A stretch of 64,000 bases of DNA from Rhynchobatus australiae (taxonomy: Eukaryota): assembly GCA_034780895.1 (NCBI GenBank), contig JAUZTB010000127.1, positions 74,581,254-74,645,253 of the forward strand. Reading direction: 5' to 3'. Under the pieces are notes generated by a model. The model did not search any database. It saw only the letters and a program-made list of their open reading frames with translations, and was not told the DNA's origin. Below are positions 1-12,870 of the stretch, piece after piece. How positions within the stretch are numbered: the stretch's first letter is position 1; each line of letters opens with the position of its first letter. Made by a program: the position numbers and the translations under genes.

Positions 1-539
1 TATGCAACATAAGATAATTGTAAACAATCACTTTCTTAAAAAAAAAGTGCAGAAGAATTGAGTTTCTCGAGCACTTCATAATTTGCTGGAGAATATTCAT
101 AATAGCATTGTCACATTGAAATATATTTGATGCTTAAAGGGATTCTCCCTGTGTTGAAATTACCTAGTTGCTATGCTGCCAAATAACAGAGGTGCAGGTT
201 AATATTTAAGCCGGAGGATCTCATTGGAGAGGAGGCTTGATCTCATCAGGAGAGAGGAAGTAAATTAGAGTTGTCTCTAGGCTGCAATTGTTCACCTCCA
301 AACAGCTGTTCGGAACAGAGCTCTGGCACAGATCATCCACCTGCATTCTCAGCTGCAGTTAGCATGTGGTGTAGAGAAACCAGAGACTAGGGAGAAAATA
401 GAGGAAATAATACTCGTGAAGATTAACAATTGATGTCTCAGCAATTCAATGCACCACTGGATACTGAGTAATATTATACAGAAATGCTTTCTGTCTGTCT
501 TTAGTCTCCACTGAATTAGTTGATCTCGATGAAGGAGCA

Positions 540-800
540 CTAGGAAGCTATGAGCTGAGCTCAATGTCCCTGAGCAAAGAAGAGGTCAACCTGGGTTCTC
601 ACTCCAGATCACTTTCAAGTGACTCTGGCTGAATAGTGCATGTTTGTGGGTGTTGGATGAGAATAGAAACAGTCTTAACTCTGTTGCATTCCACAGCCAA
701 TAGCTCACCATTGCTTATTATTTAGGCTTGTACGTGAAGGATGGAAACTTAGACGTGGTAACATTGCTGTTGGCATGTGTGAAATCCTACTCAGAAAAGT
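540..800 (+). mobile_element. Old decayed interspersed repeat (probable chondrichthyan SINE), family not assigned
   Basis: Segments such as gatcactttcaagtgactctggctg and taggcttgtacgtgaaggatggaaacttag resemble a common shark/ray repeat as I recall it; heavily diverged and not verified by alignment. Confidence 0.3.
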
Positions 801-3552
801 TTCATTTTCTGTGNNNNNNNNNNCACCCACCCCCATTCTCACTGAAATGAAGTGAAGAGAGAATGAGCACATGGATAGTATGAACTTGCAGTTGCTGCCA
901 ACATGGCTACACTACACACTGAAATCTTCAGGAGATTCTGTTATTAAATGGACCAGAAACTTGAAATTCCCCAACAAAGAAACTCCTTCCTATCAAGCCC
1001 CACAATGAATCAACTGTGCTCCTTTAATTTGAAGAGCAGCCTCTTCATGAACAAGGGGGCAGCAAACTTCTTAATGGGAAGAGGAAGAGTCAGTTACCAT
1101 TTGTCAGTTTTGCCACAATGATGTCAAACTGAAAAGCAATCATTCTAAATACTTAACTGCTTAGTAAACTTCTTTGTTTTCTTTAATGAGAAGATTGATC
1201 TGTTTCTATTTCTTTTAGTCATGCATAAAGAAATAATAATAGCATTGAGTATAAAATAATCAGACAAGATGTATCAATCAATTCTCTTGAATGCTAAAGC
1301 GCATCTTAAGTTAAACAGAAAAGCTGGGAAATGTAAACCATTATCATTTTAGTTTGTACTCAACACTGGAATTTGTGATAATGTTTTGAAGAAATTAATC
1401 CACTGTTTTTCAGATGCAGATGTGCATTTCCTTTTTCAGAATTTTTTTAAATCTGAGAAAGTAGAACTTTCAGGGAAACAAAAAAGAAAGAAAGCCTCCT
1501 ATAGTATTGATTCATAAGTAAAAGAATGAAAGTAAGAACCATAAAACCTGCACACTTCATGGAGAGTAATGCTTATTGACATGAACTGCAAGCAAGACAA
1601 CATTCATTGCAATCACAAATGTCATCTGGAGATTAAGTCAAACAGAGCAATTCACTTTGCATTCATTCATATTGTGTGGATTTTGATGGATCAAATCTCT
1701 TATTCTCATATTGTTCCAAATTCAAATGGATCACTGTATCAAATTCCTAATCAAACAGTTAAAATGAAATACAAGTATTATCCTGGTACTCAATTGTCAA
1801 TCAGATTTTCTGGTTAAATAACTCAATGAAACATGTTTGATCCACATGTATCACATCTGGAGTCAGCAATACAATTTAGAAGATTAGTCATTTTTATGTT
1901 TATAAAATGTTTATTCCTCTCCATTCCATATTTTCCTCAATTTTCTAATCTCTATGCAATCTAGAAACTTTAGGATAAACAAGTTTAGCATTTACCTTCT
2001 CTACAATTATCACTAGCGCCTTACATAATGGACCAAGGTCATTCACTTGATCTTCTCAAGTGGAAAAAAGGATAATTTTGCCTTAATTAATGGTTTCATT
2101 TCACCATAACTTAATAATTAGCCTTTGTCAGGGACAAAATGTGAGGTTTTTTCCCTCAACTTTTATATTCATCTGAATTCTATTGTCATTTTCTTTTTAG
2201 TAAACAGTCTTTGATTGTTCTCAGAAGTCAGATGTGTTAAACATTAGCAACAGATGTTACAATCAAGTGACTGATCCATATTTTGATCTTAAATGCATGC
2301 AGTGCATTCAACAGTACAATAAATCAAAATTCCTTACCTCAACCCTAAAGGAAACAGAATCACTGTTCTTTGTTTAACTCCAGTTTGTGTGTGATAAGAT
2401 TTAAACTCAAATCAATTTCCATTTCAGAAATCAGTTGCCTCCTGTCTTTCTCTGTTGCTTTAAGCTAATATTGCTTGCAGTGCAGACATCCAACAAAGAC
2501 CTCTGCCTCTGGGGTTAGATTTGGCGTACTGTGCCAGATCCAGACTGTTGGAATCTCTCTACTTCTATGCTCGTGAACTCCAGCTATGTTTGAATACTTG
2601 TTCCTTGCTGGCTGTGTGGGAGTTTGCATTTTAAATCACAGTTTCCCTAAGATGGGTTTGAAAGGTTTCCCCTATGGTCCTAGTGCCCGAAAGCTCTGTT
2701 CTGAATTACAAATACAGCTTCAACTATGGACGCTTCATTCCACATTGTTACAGTCATCCAGATTTTGCCATGTTCCATATGTTTTAACAGGCACCTTGGG
2801 ATGTTGTACTCCATTAAAGGGACTATATAATTGTGAGCTGCTTCATAAGCAATTTAATTTATTTTGGTGTTTGCATTATTGTGTTCGTAGTTTATTCCTT
2901 TGAAAAAATTCATTTATTGTATATTAAAGCATGTTCCAAAGATCCTTTTGTTCAAATAAACAGTTTTAAACACTTCTGCATTACGTGGTTTGTCACTTCA
3001 TATTTATAATATCCTGCCAGTTCTGAGGAATCTTTAGCTCTGTAATACTCTTCCTAACAGTCTAAGTTACTTTAGTGCCCTGTAGGATGTGGAAATAAAT
3101 TTTGGTCCCTGAGTTGACATTTGAAGACAAAGAAAATAGCGGAACGATGGATTCACTGAGGAATTGGTGATAAAAAATTTGGCACATTGAAGGATCAGAG
3201 ATTATATAGTCAGCAGTTCTATTTTTTTCGATCAACAAAAATAAACTGAAACCTGACGCCAGGACAGATGTCAAAAGAAATTTTGCATCTTTTCAATGGA
3301 TTTCTATTTCTGCCACAATCTTTCCACTTCTGGTCTCACTACTGTATAGATACATGAATTCTTGGCTTGCAAAGAATGGATTACTAATGAATATTCCAGT
3401 GTAAGCAGTTCAGTTGAACTGTGCAGTTATATAAATTGACACAGGCATAGTATGAGCATTGGTTAATATGTAATCTATTAGCTGTAGTTGGCAGTCTTGT
3501 TTTGCACAAATGCAGAAAATTGAATGGAGATAGTCATGGATATATAGTATAT

Positions 3553-3803
3553 TGTAGCGACTTACTGTTCACGAACCGGCTCCCATGATCGTGAGCGTCG
3601 TTGGAGGCCCCGATACAAGATGGCGTGGGGCACTCCTTCTTCATTGGGCTAGGGGAGCCCGCGCGTGGGAAGGTCATGTGTCCCGCGAGTGACGTCAGCG
3701 TGGGAACTGTGTTTATTAAGGGGGCAGCGCACCCCAGTCGTGGATTCAACTCTGACTTCAAACAAGTGTCTCATGTCTTTATTCAATGTAGCTAGCCACT
3801 ACA
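3553..3803 (+). mobile_element. Solo LTR, Gypsy/Ty3-like (251 bp)
   Basis: Starts TGTAGCG and ends CACTACA (TG...CA with short terminal inverted repeat); 4-bp target site duplication ATAT at 3549-3552 and 3804-3807; CpG-rich against an AT-rich background. Orientation inferred from a TATA-like tttattaag followed by a GT-rich 3' part. Confidence 0.8.
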
Positions 3804-5374
3804 ATATTTACACATGAACATGGATAAAAGTAAATCCAATGACAACTTGTGTTCATTTAATGCCACTAAAATAAAAAAGGAATTTAATTCAAATATGGAA
3901 GAAGCACTGAAGATCAAATATATTACTGAAACATATCTAGGATGTTTTTGAAGCAGCGTGAAAGTTAATAAGGGAAATGGATTTTACCGACATCTTTGAA
4001 ACCTCCAATGTTCTAGTTCTGGCAGATTACACCAGACCTAGGTAATGTCTGAACAACTTCCAGATTAAGAAATTTAAAATAATAACTGATGATGTAACTG
4101 TCCTTTAATAAGAACAGATACTGGCATGAGACCAGAATATTTCCTTCTTTTGAAGAGTTTAAGCTTTTACTAGTGTTACAAGATCTCCCAAGAGAGTTTG
4201 ATATTACAAGGAGAAGTCCCTTGAGGGTGCTTAACTAAATGTAAATATTAATTTTAATATTTGTAACCTTTTATTAGTCAGAATATGACATCAGTATTGA
4301 GTGAAGAGATAGGTGCAACTTTAATTAAAAAGGTAGCACTTGGGTGCACCTTGGAATTGCAGTTGGAAAAGTATTTTTCTGTAATGAAGTCTATGACTGA
4401 TGTGAGCAACCTTTTGGCTAGAAATGACCAAACTCATTAGAAAATGGAGAATAACTTTCGAGCAGGGCTATGAATCATTAATGAAAATATTTTCAACTTA
4501 AGGCAGAGAATTCAAAAGAGCAAGGTAGCCTTGAGGGATGGCTTTTAAAATTTTTTCCTATATGCATATTTTACCTTGGGAACCATCCTACCCCTTCTAG
4601 TGCTGTTGTGAGGCTTATAGGAAACCTCATTCTTCATTCTCCAGTTGCAGGATTAAGGCTCTCTACCCTTGGGCAAAACAATATTCTGATATGTGCTAGA
4701 TTTATGAGTGCAGATCTGGTTACCAGTAGGTGTAGCTCAGTTTTTCAATTAGTGAAAAATTTTCCTCAGCTGACCCCTCATCACCACATGTTAGTCTTGT
4801 AAGTGAATGGGTGTGGGAAAACCTGCCTCATCTTTTTGATTCTGTTTTGAATTCTTCTAAGGCAAGGTTTCCTTTCATTCCAGCACAATGTGTTACTGGC
4901 AGTTTGGATTCCCTGAGACTAGACAGTATTTAACCTCAGATTAACAGTGCTTTTATCATCAGCCCTTCAACATAAAGAAGTTCCCTCCAAAATGCTTTGC
5001 ATTTTTTTTAGTGAAGAATGTCTTCACCAAAACTGACACTCCATGTAAATGTTATTTTGATGTCTGATCTTGCCCCAGCAACAAACTGAAACATTGAAAA
5101 TTGTTTTGTTCATAGCTGGTGCAAGAAGTCAGACACTTCTTGAGATAAAAGCTCTGCGTGTGTGTGAGAGGGGAAGAGAGAGTGTTTGTTTCCATATGTT
5201 TTCAGTCGTAGTTACTGTTTAGCTTGACTGTATATATTTAGCTTTGCTGTGTCTTGTTTCCTTTACATGCACAATGTGTTTGATAAAAAGATATGATTCA
5301 TTCAAGTCTAATGCTGTACAGCATGTGTCCCATTGTCAACTCCTGTGCAAATTTGGACCATGTCTCACATGGCT

Positions 5375-5990
5375 GAGATTTATACTAAATTCCACAAGGC
5401 CGCGAGGTAATGTTGCCGCTCTATAAAACTTTGGTTAGACCACGCTTGGGAGTATTGTGTTCAGTTCTGGTCACCTCATTATAGGAAGGATGTGGAAGCT
5501 TTAGAGAGGGTGCAGAGGAGANNNNNNNNNNNNNNNNNNNNNNNNNNNNNNNNNNNNNNNNNNNNNNNNNNNNNNNNNNNNNNNNNNNNNNNNNNNNNNN
5601 NNNNNNNNNNNNNNNNNNNNNNNNNNNNNNNNNNNNNNNNNNNNNNNNNNNNNNNNNNNNNNNNNNNNNNNNNNNNNNNNNNNNNNNNNNNNNNNNNNNN
5701 NNNNNNNNNNNNNNNNNNNAGGTCAGAGGAGGAAAGTTTAAGGGAAATGTCAGAGGTAGGTTTTTTTACACAGTGGTGGGTGCCTTGAATGCACTGCCAG
5801 GGGTGGTGGTAGAGGCTGATACAAAAGGGATATTTAAAAGACTCTCAGATAGGCACATGGATGTAAGAAAAATGGAAGGTTATGGGCTGCTTAGGAAAGG
5901 AAGGGTTAGATTGATCATAGGGTAGATTTATATACTTGGCACGACATCATGGCCCAAAGGGCCATTACTGTGCTGTACTGTTCTATGTTC
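5375..5990 (+). mobile_element. CR1 (HER1-like) LINE, 5'-truncated 3' fragment spanning a gap
   Basis: Encodes CR1 ORF2 C-terminal motifs (LYKTLVRP.. EYCVQFWSPHYRKDVEALERVQRR, with a frameshift) and ends in the tail ...ctgtgctgtactgttctatgttc. Confidence 0.9.
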
Positions 5991-6182
5991 AGATATTTCC
6001 ATAGAACTATTTTGACATCAACTTCACCAGAGAAGCATCAGAACCTCTATAAACTGGGTTTTCATTTCAGGCAATGTTACAGTAGAATACAGCTTCAGTC
6101 AGAATTTCTGGCCTAGGTAAAATGTGCCTTGATTTGCATTCAGTGTGAGATTCGTATAAACCCCACAGTACCAGAATAGTAC

Positions 6183-6206
6183 GTGTGTGTGTGTGTGTGT
6201 GTGTGT
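6183..6206. repeat. (GT)12 microsatellite
   Basis: Seen directly. Confidence 0.95.
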
Positions 6207-7756
6207 CTTGGTCCCACCTCTACACTTAAAGCATGCTTGGAATAAAATGGAATGATTTAACTTCAGTGCAAATTTATTCAATGTGTGTCACGTTTCAGGA
6301 TTTCAGGCCCTACCTGCCATAGAGTGAAGTTGTTGTAAAATGTGTTCAAAATCACTTTGCTCCCAAGTGAAATTGTGAACTTGCACAGCTTACAGCTGTA
6401 AATTTTACTTTAGACATACTATCCAAAAGCTCTTGTTGTAGACAACAAAAGCATCAAGTAATCATTTGATTTCAGTTTTGCTGCATCAACTCTTCATTTG
6501 AATTCAGCAGGGCTGTCTGCCAAGCTAAGCTGGGAATGAAGCTCTTGAAATGGGTGTGCTGGGCAATTTTACTAAAAGCTGGGTCAAGATTCCTGGCTTT
6601 TTAAAAAGGGAGCGCTGTAAATACATTGAATAAAGTTCATTCAGTGAGTTGTCTTTTTCTGAGGTAACAGCCAGGTCATAAGTAACAAAAAAAGTGAAAC
6701 TCTACATAGAGTATGTTTGAAATAAAAGGGGATATTTAAACTTAGTACAAATAAGTTCAAGTTTCAGGTTCTACCTGCCATGTAGTAAAATGTTTTAAAA
6801 GATTGTTAGATCAGTCAATGGCAAGTCCTCAGATTACATCACCCGAGGCCAAGCCACCACCTGAGACCATCTCAAGTATGATCAGCTCATTGACTCTTGA
6901 TTTCTTTGAACAGATTATTGTCAAAGGATAGACAGAGTAGTCGACCAGATCTAAGCTGTTGTTACCCATTGTCTCAGACTGATTTATCATTTCTCAATCT
7001 TAATAACTTATTCTAATTCTACATATTTTCTAATTCCAGCTTTGGAATGCCACCCATCCCTGTTTCAAAGGTTCTTGCAGAACCTGCCAGGACTTGCACA
7101 GCCCAAAATCTTTAATTATAATTCAGGTTTTGCATATAAATTGGATTTGTACATTAAGCATCTTGGTTTTGATTGACTGCAGCGCAGTGNNNNNNNNNNN
7201 NNNNNNNNNNNNNNNNNNNNNNNNNNNNNNNNNNNNNNNNNNNNNNNNNNNNNNNNNNNNNNNNNNNNNNNNNNNNNNNNNNNNNNNNNCAGTTTGGTAT
7301 TCAAGTGATCATTTAAGCTTGCTGCATCAATTCTCTTTATTTGAATTAAACTGGGCTGTTATCCTGTATGTTTATTCACTGTGAATTAAAGTAGCTTAAT
7401 GGTTTGTTACATGTCTCAATGTCTTTAGAATGATTCACACAAGATATGTTTCCAGTCCAGATTACAAAAGGAGTTGCATGTTGCATTGCAGAGGTATATG
7501 ATATAAGTATACAGAGTGCAGGATAAGTCAAATTCCTTCAGAGTAAATGTGAACGTCACAGAGCTTGAGAAAGTATCAATGACAGGCTGAACTTGTACCT
7601 CTGTGATTCTATTAAAATCTATGTGTATGCTAATAAGTGTGAATAGGCACAAGTGATTATTCCACTTTACCTGGTGTGTGTTGTACATGTGGATGAGACA
7701 TGATTAAGTATCAGACTAGAATTAAATCTCCCCTCTTTAGTGGACAATGGGATAGT

Positions 7757-8227
7757 TCATAAGAACATGGGAACAAGAAATATAAGCCACTAAAGGTCAA
7801 TTTGCATTTGTGTACAATTCTGTTCATCGCATCACAGAAAGGATGTGAGACTCCAGGGGTAATTCAATGTGGATGGTTCCTGGGATGTAACTGCCGTTAG
7901 AAGGATAGATTAGAGAGGCCAAGACTGTTTGCTTCAGGCTGAGGAGAGGCTTAATAAAAGTATATAAAATAATGAGGAGTCTGGACAAAATGGTGAGTGG
8001 GAGGCTGTTCTCTTGATGGAGAGATTGAGGACTGAAGGTCATAAATATAAAATAAAGGTGAAGAGAATTAAGAGTAACGTGAGCAAAAACATTTTCACAC
8101 AACACACTGTTGAAATATGCTTGTCTCAATCCTAATTCATTGATTCCTTATCACAAAATTGTCACCCCTTGTTCTAGACTCTCCATTGAAAGGAAACACC
8201 CTCTNNNNNNNTACCTAGTCAATACCT
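7757..8227. mobile_element. Decayed CR1 3' fragments in mixed orientation
   Basis: + strand ORF2 C-terminal remnant (tgtgtacaattctg...gcaaaaacattttcacac) flanked by minus-strand remnants (cataagaacat tail; cccttgttctagactc). Confidence 0.55.
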
Positions 8228-8239
8228 CTTGGTATCTTG

Positions 8240-8408
8240 GAGGAACTCAGCAGATCAGGCAGCATCCATGGAGAAAAGCAGGAAGAAGGGTCCTGACCTC
8301 AAACGTTGACCGCCTGCTTTTCTCCACGGATGCTGCCTGGCCTGCTGAGTTCCTCCAGCATTATCATGTTTTTCATCTGGATTCTAGCATCTGCAGTCCT
8401 TTGTTCCC
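8240..8408 (+). mobile_element. Penelope-like element terminal fragment with 5' inverted copy and 12-bp TSD
   Basis: Inverted arms 8238-8282 and 8313-8357 (42/45 identical) flanked by direct repeat CTTGGTATCTTG at 8228-8239 and 8409-8420; same tail sequence follows the GIY-YIG remnant at 25 kb. Confidence 0.75.
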
Positions 8409-10649
8409 CTTGGTATCTTGTTCTCTGTGAGATCATCCATCAATTTTCCTCAGCATAAAATATAGTAACTCCTTTGTTACAACTGCCCCACATACTCTCT
8501 GTAGATTGTACTGTAATGAGGTGATTTCACCCACCTACCTGTTCCTACTTGGTCTCCAGCATGGTTCTCAACTACCTGTAACTTCACAGCATGTGGGAGC
8601 CTACAATCTGGATGGCAGTTTTCAGAGCTGCTTTCAAATCTGTCTGGTGTATCAGGGCTCTATTACAATGTTCCAAGTGGTGGGGGAGGTGGTTGTATAC
8701 TTGAAGTTATTGTTGTGTGCCCAAGCTAGAAGCTGACTTCTTGTACTTGCTGACAAGTTCCAGCATTTTCCTGGATCACCATTATCTGCTCTTACTAACT
8801 TGCGCTGACAGCTCCATCAAACCTGGATTGCTCTAGTTCATGGCCTAAATCAACCAGGGAGTAAATACTATGCAGGTACTTGGGAAGGGTGGAGCACAGG
8901 ATATTGCCTCCGAGAAGGGATTTCCCTCTCAGGAATGTTCTTCAGGGAATTGTTCTGCAGAGGGATGTAAAAGAAAGTGTGGGCATACCTAAGAAGTTCA
9001 ACCATATCTCTTCAGCTCACCGTGTAAAGAATTTTGGAATTTTCTTTCTTTTTTTGTTCTTGCCACATCAACTCAGAATTCTGAGCAGGTGATTGAACTA
9101 CATGGCAATCCTATCAACATGACAAACCTACATTCTGCTGCATTTTTAGTCTTATTAAATGAGAGTGTTCCTGAGTTTGCAATTGCAAGCATGTAGGATC
9201 AAAATATATTGTGACTACAGAAAGCCAATGGTGAGCGCATTATGAAAGAATTGTGATTATGGTGTGGCCTCATGACTAGAAACATTGTGCTGCATAGGAG
9301 AGAAGAATTCATGGTCTTGAGACAGGTGGAAAGAAGTTTGCTGGGTATTTTGCTGAAATGTGGAGAAGTGATGAGCTCCCTGAGATGCTCATACCAGACA
9401 TTGAAACATTTGCTACATTAAGTCTGGTCCTGATGGTGATACTGCTATGTCTTAGAAGTCCAGTCAGTTCTCTTCAGACCACTATGTGAAAATCTTCAGA
9501 AGTTTCTTCCTTTTCTGGTCCTTATCCTGACCTCTTCCACTACGACCTCCCAAACAGGTGATTGAAATAGGTGGCTATTTAGCTAATACAAAGGATCTAC
9601 AGTCTGCCAAGGTTTTGGTCATCAGTCAGGCGGAAGTGAATGCAACTTTCCATTGGATTCATGAATGATTAAAATACTCCTTGATTCATTATAATATCCT
9701 GCCCCGCAAACGAACAGGTAGCTTGCTCTGATGCAATTAAGTAGCCCTCTTATCATAATGAGCCAATTAAAATCAGCCAATTTGTTAACATCATGTAGAT
9801 TTGTTGCCCTTTACCCCTTAACCCACACCACCTGAATCTTGTTCCAGCAAGATGTATGATGCAACGTGTGCTTTAGAGTGCACGTTACCACTCCCTCATT
9901 GGAAAATAGGGTTCATGATTTAACTGGTGCTGCAGGGTTGCATTGCTGTCCTTCAGAAAAGAAATGAAATCCTCGCCCATGACACATTGATAAATTCACT
10001 GATTCCATGCTCCTTGTGAGGCGTTGCTTGCAAAAAAAAAGCTTGGATCAGAAAAATGGAACTCCTCTGTTGTAACCTTAATTCAGTACTTGTTTGTTTT
10101 GAATATTGAGTGCAGGGTTGTAAAATGTTAGCTTACTTGGAAAATAGTAAGGAATTCTACTAAGGCTTTGCATTATCCCCTCAGACATAACCACCCCAAA
10201 TAAATTAACTGATCACTGAATTCTTTCTGTCATTAAAAGCAACATCTTTTGACTATTTCTTAGTAAAGAGTTTTAGGTTTTGCTGACACGTGTTAAAGCA
10301 ATGAATAAATATGACTATTTTCCTTCAGATTCTGTAGGCCACATTAGCTTAAGTTTTAAGTTTTATTGGTGTTGATAAATGTGGAAGGGATCGTTCATCA
10401 AACTTGTCAGAACACTTGGCAGCTACCTTTCATGGTCAATGTTAATATTGATATGTCTTGTTTAGAAATGGCAGAATCACACTATTGCTGCATTTTCACT
10501 GTGACAAATGATAATCTTGGTAAAATCCCCAGTGAGTCTTCTGTACTGGGCTTAGTCAACCTATCTTGCTACACCACACTGCCCCTTGATAAAAGGTTCG
10601 CAAGGAAAACATGGATAAATTTCCATACCTCAGGAGCCACTTCTCAGTG

Positions 10650-10848
10650 AAGACTGACACATGGAGGCCAAGTGAAAATAATGTCTGAAAAGCATAAGAA
10701 CTTCCCAAACATCCCATTTCTGCACCTGTGGCAGAGTCTGCAGATCCTGCATGGGCCTTCTCAACAACTTCATAACCCACAGAACCAGAGTCGAAGCAAA
10801 TCATTCTCAAACCCAGGGGAGTGCATAAGAGAAGAAAAAGCAGAAGAA
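10650..10848 (+). mobile_element. RTE-clade (BovB-like) LINE 3' end
   Basis: One frame reads CTCGRVCRSCMGLLNNFITHRT, a decayed RTE C-terminal zinc finger (CPTCGRVCRSRIGLISHLRTH-like), followed by gaagcaaatcattctcaaacccaggggagtgcataagagaagaa matching the RTE 3' UTR and GAA-rich tail. Confidence 0.7.
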
Positions 10849-11267
10849 TCACATGAATTTTGTTTTGTCAAAACTGCAGAGAACAACTTGTATTTAATCA
10901 TGAAAGATAAAGATTTGCTATAGAACATCTGTCATATCTTCAGTACAAACTTTTACTACTTAGAGCAATGTTTATACATCAATTTCTTGAAATTCTTGCT
11001 TTCATTCTTACTGGCCAGAAACATAATCTAATCACAAAACGTATCCAAGATTCAGGACAAGGAGGGCCAGTGAGAGAACTTTTGCTATTTCTTGCTTTGG
11101 GCATGCTTGGTGTTGACACCAGCGAAAAGATTTACCTCTGAGCAGACTTTGGGCAGCCAGTCTGGCAGTGGTGCAGGCCAACTGGCTGTTCAATATTCCC
11201 AGCAGGGGAACAGATCCTTTCTGAAGGCTGGGCCTCATTCGCATTTGGCTGGCAGAAAGTGAACACT

Positions 11268-11740
11268 GGATTGTCAATGCTCCAGGATTACTCTGGAGTC
11301 TCCTGAAATTAAAGACTGATCTTCAGAATACCGCTGCAAATTCAATTTAAGTTGNNNNNNNNNNNNNNNNNNNNNNNNNNNNNNNNNNNNNNNNNNNNNN
11401 NNNNNNTCTCCATTTTCCAATAAACCCAAGAGAAAAATTGTAGGGGCAGTAAAAATATTCGAAGAAATTCTTCTGTAGATAATTTTTCATAGCTAAAAGT
11501 TTTGAATGAGGGGTTACAAAAGCATTGAACGCGGAGAAAGAAGTGCTGTTTCGATGATTGATTCCATCAGTCAGGTTGCAAAATTATATGTTCACTTTCT
11601 GATTACCATAGGCAGGGTTATGTGCCACAAGACTGGATTGTCAGGCAACCAATCGAAACAGTGTGAGCAGGGCAGTTGGATGTGATAGGTTATATGATGA
11701 AACCTCCAGGAATATGTCCAGCCAAAAACCTTCTGGGTTA
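11268..11740. mobile_element. Old non-autonomous DNA-transposon-like repeat (AGGGTTGCCA-type ends, decayed)
   Basis: ctccaggattactctggagtctcctgaaattaaagactgatc at the left and gatgaaacctccaggaatatgtccagcca at the right resemble a recalled shark repeat; a related reversed remnant lies near 32410-32478. Terminal repeats are not intact. Confidence 0.35.
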
Positions 11741-12299
11741 GGTTCAACAAATGATTGGGTGGTCAAGCCAGCCTCTGGCAGTGGAGATGCATTGATGTGT
11801 GGTGGTGATTGGTCAGTATCAGGGAGGATTCATTACATCATGGGCTGGTTTTGTACCTCCATGGGGGACTTTCTCTTCACTTAGTCCCATCAAGATAAGG
11901 GTAAGGTAACGTGGGTGCTCTTTACTGGTGGCTAGCTAACGTAAGGCAGAACATGGGCAAAGTACACTTCATTCAGTACTGACCTGAATTGGGATGCAGT
12001 ATCCTGTCTATGTTAGAGGACTATAATCTGCATTTTAAATAAGCTTGGATCTGATTTTTCAGTCACTCTGGCTATCCAGTGGCAGGTGTGGGGTTAGTCT
12101 GTGAAGACCACAGTGCCAGTGGATAAGTCACATCCCTACATTTTGGGGGCTTTTACCACTCCATTCTGCTGGGAAAGCTTGCAGAGAAGCACCTTGATCA
12201 TCGGCACTGATCCTTCCTACTCTGAATTCAGTGCAAAACACACAAGTTTATTCCTGATGTTAGTGGTGTCCAGTCTTAGGAATAAATAGGAAGTTGATT

Positions 12300-12870
12300 A
12301 ATTGTGAAGAGAGTCTAAGGAATTTCAGAAGGTCAAAGGCTTGTAGATTGAAATGGTTATCAAAAGATATTCAACGGAGAGAACCATGAGGGAATACATT
12401 TTGTATTCTTCCTCCTCTTGAAGAGAACATAGGTTAAATAAAACAAGAAGGACAGTGTAACAGAGAAATTGAGGGCTTGATGTACAAATCCTTAAAAGTA
12501 GGGAAAGTTAATAAAGCTTTATTAAATTAAAAGTTTTATAAAAAGCAGCAGCAAATGTAAAAGCATGAGAGAATAGTAAAGTGGTACAATACTTCAACTG
12601 GGCCACAGATTATGTTCAAAGTTATGTGCATTTTTATTATATTAGTGAATTCATTGCTTAAGGGCAAGGAGTTAGAATCAACAAAAAAAAGCTGAGGAGA
12701 TGGTTTTATGTAAGATGTTTAAAGGTTTGGAATGCCCTACCAGAAACAATGCTGGAGGCAGAATTCATTCTGTCTTTTGAAGGATAATTTTTTAAGTGGA
12801 CTAATACATTAAAAATGCAAAACTATGAGTAAGGCAGAAAGGAAAAAGTAAACCATTAGGGATGGAGTCA
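12300..12870 (+). mobile_element. Highly decayed CR1 3' fragment
   Basis: Remnant motifs (gtacaaatccttaaaagta; tttggaatgccctaccagaaacaatgctggaggcaga) match the CR1 ORF2 C-terminus. Confidence 0.5.

Noticed and set aside
8860-9450. Possible Harbinger Myb/SANT and nuclease remnants (KKFNH motif)
   Set aside because: Similarity too faint to support without an HMM search.
10556-10923. Protein-like ORFs on both strands with apparent splice signals
   Set aside because: A third frame shows the region is an RTE LINE 3' end; the ORFs are incidental.
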